Source: a bacterium
Lineage (GTDB): Bacteria > Patescibacteriota > Saccharimonadia > Saccharimonadales > JAGQNK01
Length of the DNA: 49,324 bases
Direction: 5' to 3'
Assembly (NCBI GenBank): GCA_029557815.1
Contig: JAKQHX010000025.1
Location: 1 to 49,324, forward strand
Part shown: one piece after another, positions 1 through 8,545 of the stretch
Layout of the letters: each line of letters opens with the position of its first letter
How positions within the stretch are numbered: the first letter of the stretch is position 1
Made by a program: the position numbers and the translations under genes
The notes under the pieces: generated by a model
Told to the model about the DNA's origin: nothing
The model's database searches: none
What the model saw: only the letters and a program-made list of their open reading frames with translations

Positions 1-142
1 CGGGGATCGGTACGATTCCGGTGTTTGGCTCTATTGTGGCAAAGGGATAGTTTGCCGCCAAAATATCATTGTCGGTCAAGGCGTTGAAAAGGGTGGATTT
101 GCCGACATTTGGCAATCCGACAATCCCGATAGATAAACTCAT
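1..142 (-). CDS. ychF: Redox-regulated ATPase YchF (5' part, runs off window)
   Basis: Manual translation from ATG at 142: [23 protein letters not shown]...[17 protein letters not shown], the YchF/Obg G1 and G2 motifs. Confidence 0.95.
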   Translation of the reverse strand, partial: MSLSIGIVGLPNVGKSTLFNALTDNDILAANYPFATIEPNTGIVPIP

Positions 143-299
143 AAGAATCCATTATAACAGAGGTAAGAGCAAACCCGGATAGTTTGAAGATTGTATTACT
201 TATCCGGATTGCATATTCTTTACGTTTTACGATTTATTGTTATACTTATCAATAATGCATAAGCACTAAAGCTATAAGGGTGCACAAGGCAAATAAACT

Positions 300-929
300 A
301 TGGTGGCCAGGTTCGGCAAAAGAAAAAAAGAGATGGGCAAAACACCTTCCGGCTCAAGCACCGGCCAGCCTGAGCGTATTTCTAACAAGCTTGAACACAA
401 GCTCGTGATTGAAGATAAGCCAATACCTTGGTACCGGCAAAAACGAAATGTAGTGATTATCGTCAGCTTAATTATTGTTGTCATAGGTATCGGAGGCTTT
501 ATCGTGTGGAGTAGCCGCAAGAACGATGCCCCGGCTGATAACAAAAGGGTAGTAGGTAATAACCAGTGTCTCAGCGGAAAAGGTTACGAGCTTGCCAAGA
601 AAGCAGGCGGTATCTTACAGGAAGCCAACAAAGAGAAACAGCTGGAAAAGCTTGTGAAAGATATACAAAAGATTCCGGACTATGAACAAGATCCCGTCTG
701 CTTGGTACCAGTAGTTAAACATCATATCCGTACATGGAAGTTAAATGAGTCCAAAGAGTATCTTGCAAAATTAGAAGCAGTCTACGACCGTCAAAAAGTA
801 TCAGATTTCTATGGTCTTAACTACGATGCACTGGCCGATCTGAAGAAAGCCTTGAAAGGGCTTGAAACGGCAGCGGATAACCTTAATAAGGGTGTAATTT
901 ACCCTCCTGTCAACAATGAAAAGCAGTAG
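300..929 (+). CDS. Hypothetical single-pass membrane protein (partner of module 1)
   Basis: 209-aa ORF: basic N-terminus, one TM helix, helical-looking external domain; overlaps next gene by 14 nt. Confidence 0.75.
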   Translation: MVARFGKRKKEMGKTPSGSSTGQPERISNKLEHKLVIEDKPIPWYRQKRNVVIIVSLIIVVIGIGGFIVWSSRKNDAPADNKRVVGNNQCLSGKGYELAKKAGGILQEANKEKQLEKLVKDIQKIPDYEQDPVCLVPVVKHHIRTWKLNESKEYLAKLEAVYDRQKVSDFYGLNYDALADLKKALKGLETAADNLNKGVIYPPVNNEKQ

Positions 930-3027
930 CCATATCCTGAGTACAGTTGGACATAAGAAGTTGTCTCACTTCATGATGCAGATGCTTATCGTGGTTGGTG
1001 TACTGTTTGGTATCCTCGTGGTTTTCGCGCCCGAAAGAGCTCATGCCGTTGTCGAAAACCATGAGAATCTGCCGGCGCACGTTACTTTACATTTTTATTA
1101 CGGGAATACTTCCTATGGTCTGCCAAACCGCCGCTGCTGGAACGGTAGTGTCGTGAGAGAAGAAGGCCATGCTCAGTACGCCTGGCTTTCTACGGTGGGA
1201 GGTGTAGGTGGAACGGCGGTCATTAATGAAGGAACTGATTCTGTAGCCTTATGGCTCAATAGCACGACCGCACAGTGTGACAGAAATATTGATGGCGCGG
1301 GCAACCTTATTGGTCGTAGCTTGCAGCGGACGCGTTCGACCTCGATTCTCGCGACCAGTTCTTATGGCAGCCTGAGCTTTTCGTCCCCTAGTGTTACATT
1401 GAATTACGACTGCTCAAATATGTTTAATCTGCGTTGGGTAAAGTTGTGTGGAACGGGTCCCTACGATGTTTTTCCTGATCATCAGGACGTTACACTCTCG
1501 GGTCTGGCGTCCTTACCTCCCGGTACACACACTGTAACGGTACAAGTTTGGCAAAGGATGGTGCATCAATATAGCGGTGGTGTCTACAGGTGCGTGCAAA
1601 ACCCATTCGGTACGGGATACCTAGATTCGATAGATGGCCTTACGGGTAGTAACTGCGGAAACGTTATGGTGCCGGTTACGATCAATATTGAAGTACAGAC
1701 AACTCGTGTCGACGCCGGTAGTTGTGGTGTTACCCCAAGCCTTACCAACCTGTCCCCGAATCAGCCATTTACAGCAGCCTTTACTGCCACAAATTCCGGC
1801 CTGAACGGTGGATTTGTCTGGTCGGTGTATCCACCGAACGGCGAAAAATATCGGTTGCGACGAGTTGCTTCTAGCATACCTGGTGTGCCCGCTGAATATG
1901 ATATAAGAGGCGGGGGTGTAGAGGCAGCGTTTGGGGGGGTCTTGAGGCCTGGAAGAACTGCTTCATGGAGCGAAAGTTTCACTGCGCCCAACGCACTTGG
2001 CCAATTTACAGTGGAGTGGCGGATTTATGGGTATAACGTCAAAGATAACTTCCATTATGTTGGTGCAACGTGTGCGATGACTATCAATGTGGTGGCTAAA
2101 CCTTACTTCAAGGTCTATGGCGGGGATGTATCGGTTGGTAAGGCAGCTCCGGCACCTCCCGCAACGGCCTGTACGGTTAACGCTGCGGCAGACATACGGA
2201 GCTGGCAGCGACTTTACTCGGGTACCACGTATGTAGGTTCCGGCACCCAGCTTGCCCTATTTGCTCTCGATAGCATCGACGGCTTTGCCAGTGGCCAAGA
2301 ACGATACACCTTGCCGCGTAAAAACCTGACGTTTGCCAACACCGGTTCCACAGTCGCCAACTCTACGTACGGAGGAGGTCTTAATGCGGACAACATGCCT
2401 TGCGCAGACGACTACTGGCAGCCAAGTGGTGCAAGCGGTATACCGAGCCCGATTAACCCATCGCATAATGGGTCATACCAAGCAACTGGAAACGTTACTA
2501 TCAACGTTAATCCCGGTGGAATTGGTTCCGGCAATCATGTAACTATATACGTTAACGGCAACGCCTATATTTCAAACAACATCCGATACCAGCCAGCAAC
2601 TTACGGAAACATAGGTCAAATCCCATCATTCCGGCTTATCGTAAGGGGTAACATCTACGTTGCGCCTGGTGTTACGGAGTTAAACGGCACATTTGTAGCA
2701 CTTTCCAATGGCACACCTAATTCCGGCAAGTTTTATACCTGTGGGCAGGCATCAGGCGCCCCGAGCCCTAGTCAGCTAGAGAATGAATGCCGCTGGAATT
2801 TCTTGACAGTATACGGATCCGTCATCGCCGATACGGTTAAGCTCAGCCGGACGGGCGGTACAATCGAACAGGCAAGCTTACCTGAGCTTTATGACCATAA
2901 CTACCTACGTGGAACTACTCAGGGTCCTGCTGAGCGCTTTATTTACACGCCGGAGTTTTGGCTGACAAGCGAGTTTAGTACTGGTGGTGACTCGGGTTCG
3001 TACAAAAACCAACCGCCAGTGCTCTAG
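916..3027 (+). CDS. Large secreted protein, candidate pilus-associated adhesin (module 1)
   Basis: 703 aa; signal peptide ending AHA; Cys/Gly/Thr-rich; C-terminal domain from KPYFKVYGGDV to PPVL shared with 3726..5657. Confidence 0.8.
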   Translation: MKSSSHILSTVGHKKLSHFMMQMLIVVGVLFGILVVFAPERAHAVVENHENLPAHVTLHFYYGNTSYGLPNRRCWNGSVVREEGHAQYAWLSTVGGVGGTAVINEGTDSVALWLNSTTAQCDRNIDGAGNLIGRSLQRTRSTSILATSSYGSLSFSSPSVTLNYDCSNMFNLRWVKLCGTGPYDVFPDHQDVTLSGLASLPPGTHTVTVQVWQRMVHQYSGGVYRCVQNPFGTGYLDSIDGLTGSNCGNVMVPVTINIEVQTTRVDAGSCGVTPSLTNLSPNQPFTAAFTATNSGLNGGFVWSVYPPNGEKYRLRRVASSIPGVPAEYDIRGGGVEAAFGGVLRPGRTASWSESFTAPNALGQFTVEWRIYGYNVKDNFHYVGATCAMTINVVAKPYFKVYGGDVSVGKAAPAPPATACTVNAAADIRSWQRLYSGTTYVGSGTQLALFALDSIDGFASGQERYTLPRKNLTFANTGSTVANSTYGGGLNADNMPCADDYWQPSGASGIPSPINPSHNGSYQATGNVTINVNPGGIGSGNHVTIYVNGNAYISNNIRYQPATYGNIGQIPSFRLIVRGNIYVAPGVTELNGTFVALSNGTPNSGKFYTCGQASGAPSPSQLENECRWNFLTVYGSVIADTVKLSRTGGTIEQASLPELYDHNYLRGTTQGPAERFIYTPEFWLTSEFSTGGDSGSYKNQPPVL
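2614..2688 (+). repeat. 75-bp perfect direct repeat, copy 1 (copy 2 at 5265..5339)
   Basis: ggtcaaatcccatcattccggcttatcgtaaggggtaacatctacgttgcgcctggtgttacggagttaaacggc is identical in both paralogs. Confidence 0.95.
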
Positions 3028-3112
3028 AAGAAGTAGAAAACCTATACGGCGTAATGATGGCTCTGATATACTGCTACCAAAGCACAAGCATATAGAAAAA
3101 GGTAAGCTTCTG

Positions 3113-3733
3113 ATGGCAGCGGGGATGGGCAAACCTAAGAAAGAAAAAGCCGATAAATCGGTTGTTGCTGATATGCAAAACCTCCAGGCAAAAACCTCAC
3201 GTAACCCAAGCCACTTACTAGTTGCAGAGGATAAATCAGCTGGCAGAAGTCGGTCTTGGAGGAGCCCAAAGACTAAGGCATTTTATATCTTTGCAGGGAT
3301 TGTTCTGGTAACGGTTTTGGTACTAACGGTATATTTAAAGCTTGTCAAAGAGCAGTCAGAGCTATCAGCGCCAACTGACACGCCTGAACGTGATTTGACC
3401 CAGATAGTAAACAACGACAGTGTCAAAGATGTAGTAAGGCAGTATGGTGCAGAGTATGATACTGCCACGGAGGAGCTAAAAACAAAGAGCACAGAGTGGG
3501 ATAAGGCCAGAATAGATAAGGCGTATTTTAGTCTTTTGTACGCTCATAAGGTAGGTGCATTTAATCAAGTGTATACAATGCTGTCGCTGATTGATGCAGC
3601 GCAGAGGAATGGCCTCAATATTGACGATAATAGTTACGGAATAAGCCAAGATGAACGTGACGCGATTCGAAAACGTGCTGATGTACATGCGCAGAAAGTA
3701 CGGGATAGGCATCAAAGGGGTGGCAATGAGTAA
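3113..3733 (+). CDS. Hypothetical single-pass membrane protein (partner of module 2)
   Basis: Start probably ATG 3113 or 3125 rather than 2984; basic N-terminus, HLLVAEDK motif, TM helix, helical domain; overlaps next gene by 8 nt. Confidence 0.75.
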   Translation: MAAGMGKPKKEKADKSVVADMQNLQAKTSRNPSHLLVAEDKSAGRSRSWRSPKTKAFYIFAGIVLVTVLVLTVYLKLVKEQSELSAPTDTPERDLTQIVNNDSVKDVVRQYGAEYDTATEELKTKSTEWDKARIDKAYFSLLYAHKVGAFNQVYTMLSLIDAAQRNGLNIDDNSYGISQDERDAIRKRADVHAQKVRDRHQRGGNE

Positions 3734-5657
3734 GCTACGGCAACTATTGGTCATGTTCCTAATGGTGAGCGCTATTTTTGTGATATCAGGTGGGAAGGCA
3801 GAGGCGGCAAAAACTATCACAGGGACAAGTGGTTCGCCAACTGAATACCGCGCGCTCTGTGATGGCGGGACGCCAGTAGATTTTGCGGCATATCCATCAG
3901 ACGTAAACTTCGACGGTGTTAATTTGACGTATAACATCAACATCCATTGGCAAAGATGCACTGGTACCGAAACGCGAGCGTACGCGATATATGGCGGTGA
4001 GGAAGTATGTCCTGTGTCGGGCACTTACGGTGTTGCGGGTATAGTTACGGATTGTGTCAAGTATATAGGCAGTCCAGAGTATAGTGGGCCTGGTAATGGT
4101 CTGACATGCCCCGAAGGTGTCAATGGGCAATGTGTGACGCCTGCTTTCTCGGGTGCTAGAGTTTCGGCAAATCAACCCTCATCCGCAGGCACTTCGATTA
4201 CAATTCCAATGTCTGTGACTAATAACCTTTGGCTTCTTGCTCCTGATGCAGCAGGCACGTGGACTGTCAGCAACCAGATGTGTCAGTATTACAAAACAGG
4301 TGCAAACTTCACGGTACATAACGACAACCGCTGCATCACGTTAACGATGTCGGTATCATGGGTGCCGACGCCGGTACCTCCTACGATTTCTTGTGGCTCT
4401 GTCACTACCTCCCCGTCAAACCCGGAGCCAGGAGAGAGCTTCACGTTGACTGCTTCATTCTCAACAGACGGTGGTGAGCACGGTGGTAGTAATGACCCCA
4501 CGTTGTATTCTATCCAGGTTGCAATCCCTGCGGCTGGTGTCACGGCACCTGGTCGCTATGCTGCCGCCTATGCATCAATCCCATGGGATGCGGGAAGTGG
4601 CAGCGGTACGCTGCCAAATATCTCGATCGGTGGGGCAAGCGCGCTGCCTATATCCATTGCTACTTCCGGCGTTCACCCGGTGACCTATACTGTTGTTGTG
4701 GATGGCGCAGATAACACGCCTCAAACTTGTACCGGTTCCGTTACTGTTGCCAATAAACCTTACTTCAAAGTCTATGGTGGGGATGTCTCGGTCGGTAAGG
4801 GTAGTGGTGGTTCGGCTTGTGCTACGAATGCCAGCGCTGGTGTCGCTAGTTGGTTGCGGCTTTACTCGGGCGGTATCTACGCCGGCTCTGGTACGCAGCT
4901 GGCAGCATTTGCCCTTGGCAGCATCGACGGCTTTGCAAGTGGACAGGAGCGCTACACGCTGCCGCGTAAAAACTTGACCTTTGCTAATAGTGGCTCGGTA
5001 ATTGCCAATTCAACGTACGGCGGAGACTTGAGTCCGAATAATATGCCCTGCGCGGCTGATTATTGGAGCGATACACCTGCCGGTTCGAGCTTGCCTGCTG
5101 TTATAAATCCGGCTTCTAGCACCACCTATCGCTCCAATACTAATTCTGAGATAAGAGTTGTTCCCACGGGTATCGGAGTAGGGAGAAGCGTAACGGTATA
5201 TGTGGATGGAGACGCGTATATTGCCAGCAACATTATGTACCAACCCTCTATCTACACGGATATTGGTCAAATCCCATCATTCCGGCTTATCGTAAGGGGT
5301 AACATCTACGTTGCGCCTGGTGTTACGGAGTTAAACGGCCTTTTTGTAGCAACAGGTAAGTTTTACACTTGTGGCCAGGCATACGGTCAGCCCACTCCTT
5401 CCCAGCTTGATGGTGATTGTCGTATAAATCGATTGACCGTTCGTGGTAGCGTAATTGCTGATACCATCAAGCTCAGTCGCACAGGAGGTACACTGGCGCA
5501 ATCACAACTTGCCGAGGCCTGGAATCACAATGTTTATAGCTTGGGTTCTGACGGTCCTGCCGAGCGGTTCATATATACTCCTGAATTCTGGTTGACAGGT
5601 GACTTTGATCCAGGGAGCGAAAGCCAGTCCTACAGGACGCTACCGCCGGTATTGTAA
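3726..5657 (+). CDS. Large secreted protein, candidate pilus-associated adhesin (module 2)
   Basis: Start MSKLRQ at 3726, signal peptide ending AEA; Cys-rich N-domain, Ig-like middle, C-terminal domain paralogous to 916..3027. Confidence 0.8.
   Translation: MSKLRQLLVMFLMVSAIFVISGGKAEAAKTITGTSGSPTEYRALCDGGTPVDFAAYPSDVNFDGVNLTYNINIHWQRCTGTETRAYAIYGGEEVCPVSGTYGVAGIVTDCVKYIGSPEYSGPGNGLTCPEGVNGQCVTPAFSGARVSANQPSSAGTSITIPMSVTNNLWLLAPDAAGTWTVSNQMCQYYKTGANFTVHNDNRCITLTMSVSWVPTPVPPTISCGSVTTSPSNPEPGESFTLTASFSTDGGEHGGSNDPTLYSIQVAIPAAGVTAPGRYAAAYASIPWDAGSGSGTLPNISIGGASALPISIATSGVHPVTYTVVVDGADNTPQTCTGSVTVANKPYFKVYGGDVSVGKGSGGSACATNASAGVASWLRLYSGGIYAGSGTQLAAFALGSIDGFASGQERYTLPRKNLTFANSGSVIANSTYGGDLSPNNMPCAADYWSDTPAGSSLPAVINPASSTTYRSNTNSEIRVVPTGIGVGRSVTVYVDGDAYIASNIMYQPSIYTDIGQIPSFRLIVRGNIYVAPGVTELNGLFVATGKFYTCGQAYGQPTPSQLDGDCRINRLTVRGSVIADTIKLSRTGGTLAQSQLAEAWNHNVYSLGSDGPAERFIYTPEFWLTGDFDPGSESQSYRTLPPVL
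5265..5339 (+). repeat. 75-bp perfect direct repeat, copy 2
   Basis: Identical to 2614..2688. Confidence 0.95.
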
Positions 5658-5812
5658 GATACGTATTTATCTGTTTGCGTACGAAAGGCTTATGCTATAC
5701 TGAAATAAATATGAATTCCACTTGCATAAAAATCCTGAGGAATTCTAGAAAAAGTGGGCAACATGATAGAAAGAAAAGTAGCAAAACATACGGAAGGCCA
5801 AGGAGATAACCT

Positions 5813-6853
5813 ATGAGTCTCATAAGTGGTGTCTCCGACTTTTTCGGCCTGGATATAGGCACGACAGCTGTCCGTTTAGTGAACCTGAAGGGAAGTGGTC
5901 CTGTGAAATCACTTTCCCGCTATGCGTATGCACCGATTGATAGCAAGATATCTTTGAGCGATGCCAAGGCTGACCAGCAAAAGCTTGCAGCCGTGGTTCG
6001 TGACCTTGTGGCTGAGTCTCGTATCTTGACTCGGAACGTTGCCGTGGGCTTGCCATCGCAAAGAGTGTTTACGACCGTAGTGGATGTGGATCGTCTATCT
6101 CCAGGTGAACTTGCTAAGTCTATTCGCTACCAGGCTGATTCACTAATCCCGACTCCCCTGGACACTTCCAAGCTCGATTGGGCGGTTATCGGTGACTCGC
6201 CAAAGGACAAGAATAAAGTTGAATTATTGCTCACAAGTGTAACGAACGAATTCGTTGAGAACCGTTTGGATATGCTGGAGTCAATCGGCCTCAACGTAAT
6301 TGCCTTCGAGCCAGATAACCTGGCGTTGACGCGGGCTATGCTGGCTCCGGATGCAACGTTGCCCCAAATGGTCTTAGATATTGGCAATAAGAGTACTGAT
6401 TTGGTTATAGCCATGAACGGCGCGCCGCGTCTGACCCGATCAATACCAACCGGCTCTGAGGCAATCATTCGGGCAGCTGTACAGAACCTGAACATTGATG
6501 AGAAGCAGGCAGAACAATTTGTATTCAAGTTCGGACTGAGCAAGGAGAAGCTCGAAGGACAGATTTACCAATCTATCATCGGTACGATTGACCTTTTGGC
6601 CGGAGAGATAGAAAAATCTATCAAGTTTTTCCAAACCAGGTACGGCGATGTGAAACTGGACCGTATCATCGTAACTGGCGGCGCTTCGGCACTACCGGAA
6701 TTCCCGCTCTATATTGCCAATAAATTTGGTATTAGCGTAGAGATCGGTAATGCTTGGCGCAATGTCAGCTTCTCGCCAGATAAGCAAAACGAGCTTTTGA
6801 CAGTGTCGAATCACTTCGGCGTAGCTGCAGGACTCGCGGAGAGGTCTGAATAA
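5813..6853 (+). CDS. pilM: Type IV pilus assembly protein PilM
   Basis: Actin-like GLDIG and VTGGAS motifs, C-terminal AAGLA; first gene of pilMNO. Confidence 0.93.
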   Translation: MSLISGVSDFFGLDIGTTAVRLVNLKGSGPVKSLSRYAYAPIDSKISLSDAKADQQKLAAVVRDLVAESRILTRNVAVGLPSQRVFTTVVDVDRLSPGELAKSIRYQADSLIPTPLDTSKLDWAVIGDSPKDKNKVELLLTSVTNEFVENRLDMLESIGLNVIAFEPDNLALTRAMLAPDATLPQMVLDIGNKSTDLVIAMNGAPRLTRSIPTGSEAIIRAAVQNLNIDEKQAEQFVFKFGLSKEKLEGQIYQSIIGTIDLLAGEIEKSIKFFQTRYGDVKLDRIIVTGGASALPEFPLYIANKFGISVEIGNAWRNVSFSPDKQNELLTVSNHFGVAAGLAERSE

Positions 6854-6855
6854 AT

Positions 6856-7581
6856 ATGATTCAATTTAACCTACTGCCCGATGTAAAACTCGAATATATC
6901 AAGGCACGGCGTGCTAAGCATCTGGTTCTGCTCACATCAATCATAGTGACAGCGGTTTCTGTGGGAATTATGATGGTTCTGTTTTTTGGCGTGAATGTTG
7001 TTCAGAAGAGGCATCTAGGCAATCTGAGCAAAGACATATCAGAAAAAACTGATCAGCTGAAAAAAGAGGAAGATATAGACAAGATTTTGACGGTACAAAA
7101 CCAGCTTAACAACCTGAATACGCTCCATGATGCAAAGCCTGCCGCCGAAAGGTTGGGGGGCTATCTCGAAAAAGTTACACCAAATGAGGTGGCAATATCC
7201 AAGCTGACGGTTGACTTCGGGGCCAATACCATTAAATTTGAAGGTAATGCAAAGGCGCTGAGATACGTCAATCAGCTTATCGATACCATGAAGTTCTCTG
7301 AATATAAGCTCACCGAAGTTGGAGAAGACAACGAGCCTATTATTACTAGGAGCGCAGCATTTTCTAGTGTGGTACTTGCCTCATTTGATAGAAAAGATGG
7401 AGAAGACGCCTTGCCTGTATCGTACGAGATTACTGCAAGCTTTGACCCGATTATCTTTAATATCACCAAAAAAGTATCGCTGGAAATACCTCCTTCGATG
7501 ATTACTACCCGGTCGGTCACAGAACGGCCAACCCCACTATTTCAGCCGCAAGCCTCTGATGAGACAGAGGGAGGAGAATAA
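6856..7581 (+). CDS. pilN: Type IV pilus assembly protein PilN-like
   Basis: N-terminal FNLLP motif, TM helix, coiled coil; follows pilM. Confidence 0.85.
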   Translation: MIQFNLLPDVKLEYIKARRAKHLVLLTSIIVTAVSVGIMMVLFFGVNVVQKRHLGNLSKDISEKTDQLKKEEDIDKILTVQNQLNNLNTLHDAKPAAERLGGYLEKVTPNEVAISKLTVDFGANTIKFEGNAKALRYVNQLIDTMKFSEYKLTEVGEDNEPIITRSAAFSSVVLASFDRKDGEDALPVSYEITASFDPIIFNITKKVSLEIPPSMITTRSVTERPTPLFQPQASDETEGGE

Positions 7582-7583
7582 TC

Positions 7584-8273
7584 ATGGCAAAAGGTATGCA
7601 ACGTATCTCGACCAAAAAAATACAGATAGATAAGGCAAATTCCGTGATTGTCGCTGCGGTTGGTATAGCCGCTTTCCTCGTTACATTCTCGCTCATATCA
7701 ACTAAGTCACTGTTATCTAGGCGGGCATACCAGGCTCGGGTCATTACTGCGCAAGAACAGGCAAGGGATAAACTAGACGAAAATATTAACTCCGTAAAAG
7801 ACCTGAAGACCCGCTACTATGAGTTCGTCGGCCGTAGCGAAAACATCATAAAAGGTTCAAGTACCGGAAAAAGCCCAAATGATGGCGACAATGCCCGGAT
7901 CATTCTTGATGCACTCCCCAGTAAGTACGACTATCCGGCGCTCGCATCCAGCCTTGAAAAAATCGTCAAGGATAGAGGTTACATCATACATTCGATGACG
8001 GGTATCGACCAAGAGGTTGAGCAAAACAGTACAGAATCATCTGGTGTACAGCAGGCCGTTGAAATGCCTTTTGAGTTGACAGCTGAAGGTTCATATAAAG
8101 GCATCGTAGACCTGCTGGTGGCCTTTCGTCGCTCAATTCGACCATTTCATGTACAGGTTCTGACCTTTGAAGCGGAAGAAGATGACGTCGATGCCGTGAA
8201 GCTCGGCATACAAGGTAAATCATACTATCAGCCCGAACGTACGTTAAGTATCACCGAGGAAGTTGTGCAATGA
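7584..8273 (+). CDS. pilO: Type IV pilus assembly protein PilO-like
   Basis: TM helix plus coiled coil, ALP motif, C-terminal ferredoxin-like pattern (LTAEGSY); position after pilN. Confidence 0.8.
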   Translation: MAKGMQRISTKKIQIDKANSVIVAAVGIAAFLVTFSLISTKSLLSRRAYQARVITAQEQARDKLDENINSVKDLKTRYYEFVGRSENIIKGSSTGKSPNDGDNARIILDALPSKYDYPALASSLEKIVKDRGYIIHSMTGIDQEVEQNSTESSGVQQAVEMPFELTAEGSYKGIVDLLVAFRRSIRPFHVQVLTFEAEEDDVDAVKLGIQGKSYYQPERTLSITEEVVQ

Positions 8274-8515
8274 AACAAAAAGATGTAGCGCTTATTATTG
8301 TTATCGTATTCGTGGGCGGTATTATGTCGTTTTTCATATCGAACAAGTTTATCAGTTCGCCAAAGCATGACCTAAAGGCTGCAAAGATTGAACCCATTAC
8401 TTCGGAGTTCACAGAACCAAGTAGCGCCTATTACAACAAAGATTCAATCAACCCAACCCAACTTATACGAATCAATGACAACAAGAACGAAAAACCGTTT
8501 ATTGAGGGACAGTAG
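8270..8515 (+). CDS. Small membrane-anchored pilus-cluster protein (PilP position)
   Basis: 81 aa, N-terminal TM helix, ends NEKPF; ATGA overlap with pilO. Confidence 0.7.
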   Translation: MKQKDVALIIVIVFVGGIMSFFISNKFISSPKHDLKAAKIEPITSEFTEPSSAYYNKDSINPTQLIRINDNKNEKPFIEGQ

Positions 8516-8545
8516 CTGCTGCTTAAAACAAAAGGATAGACCAAT

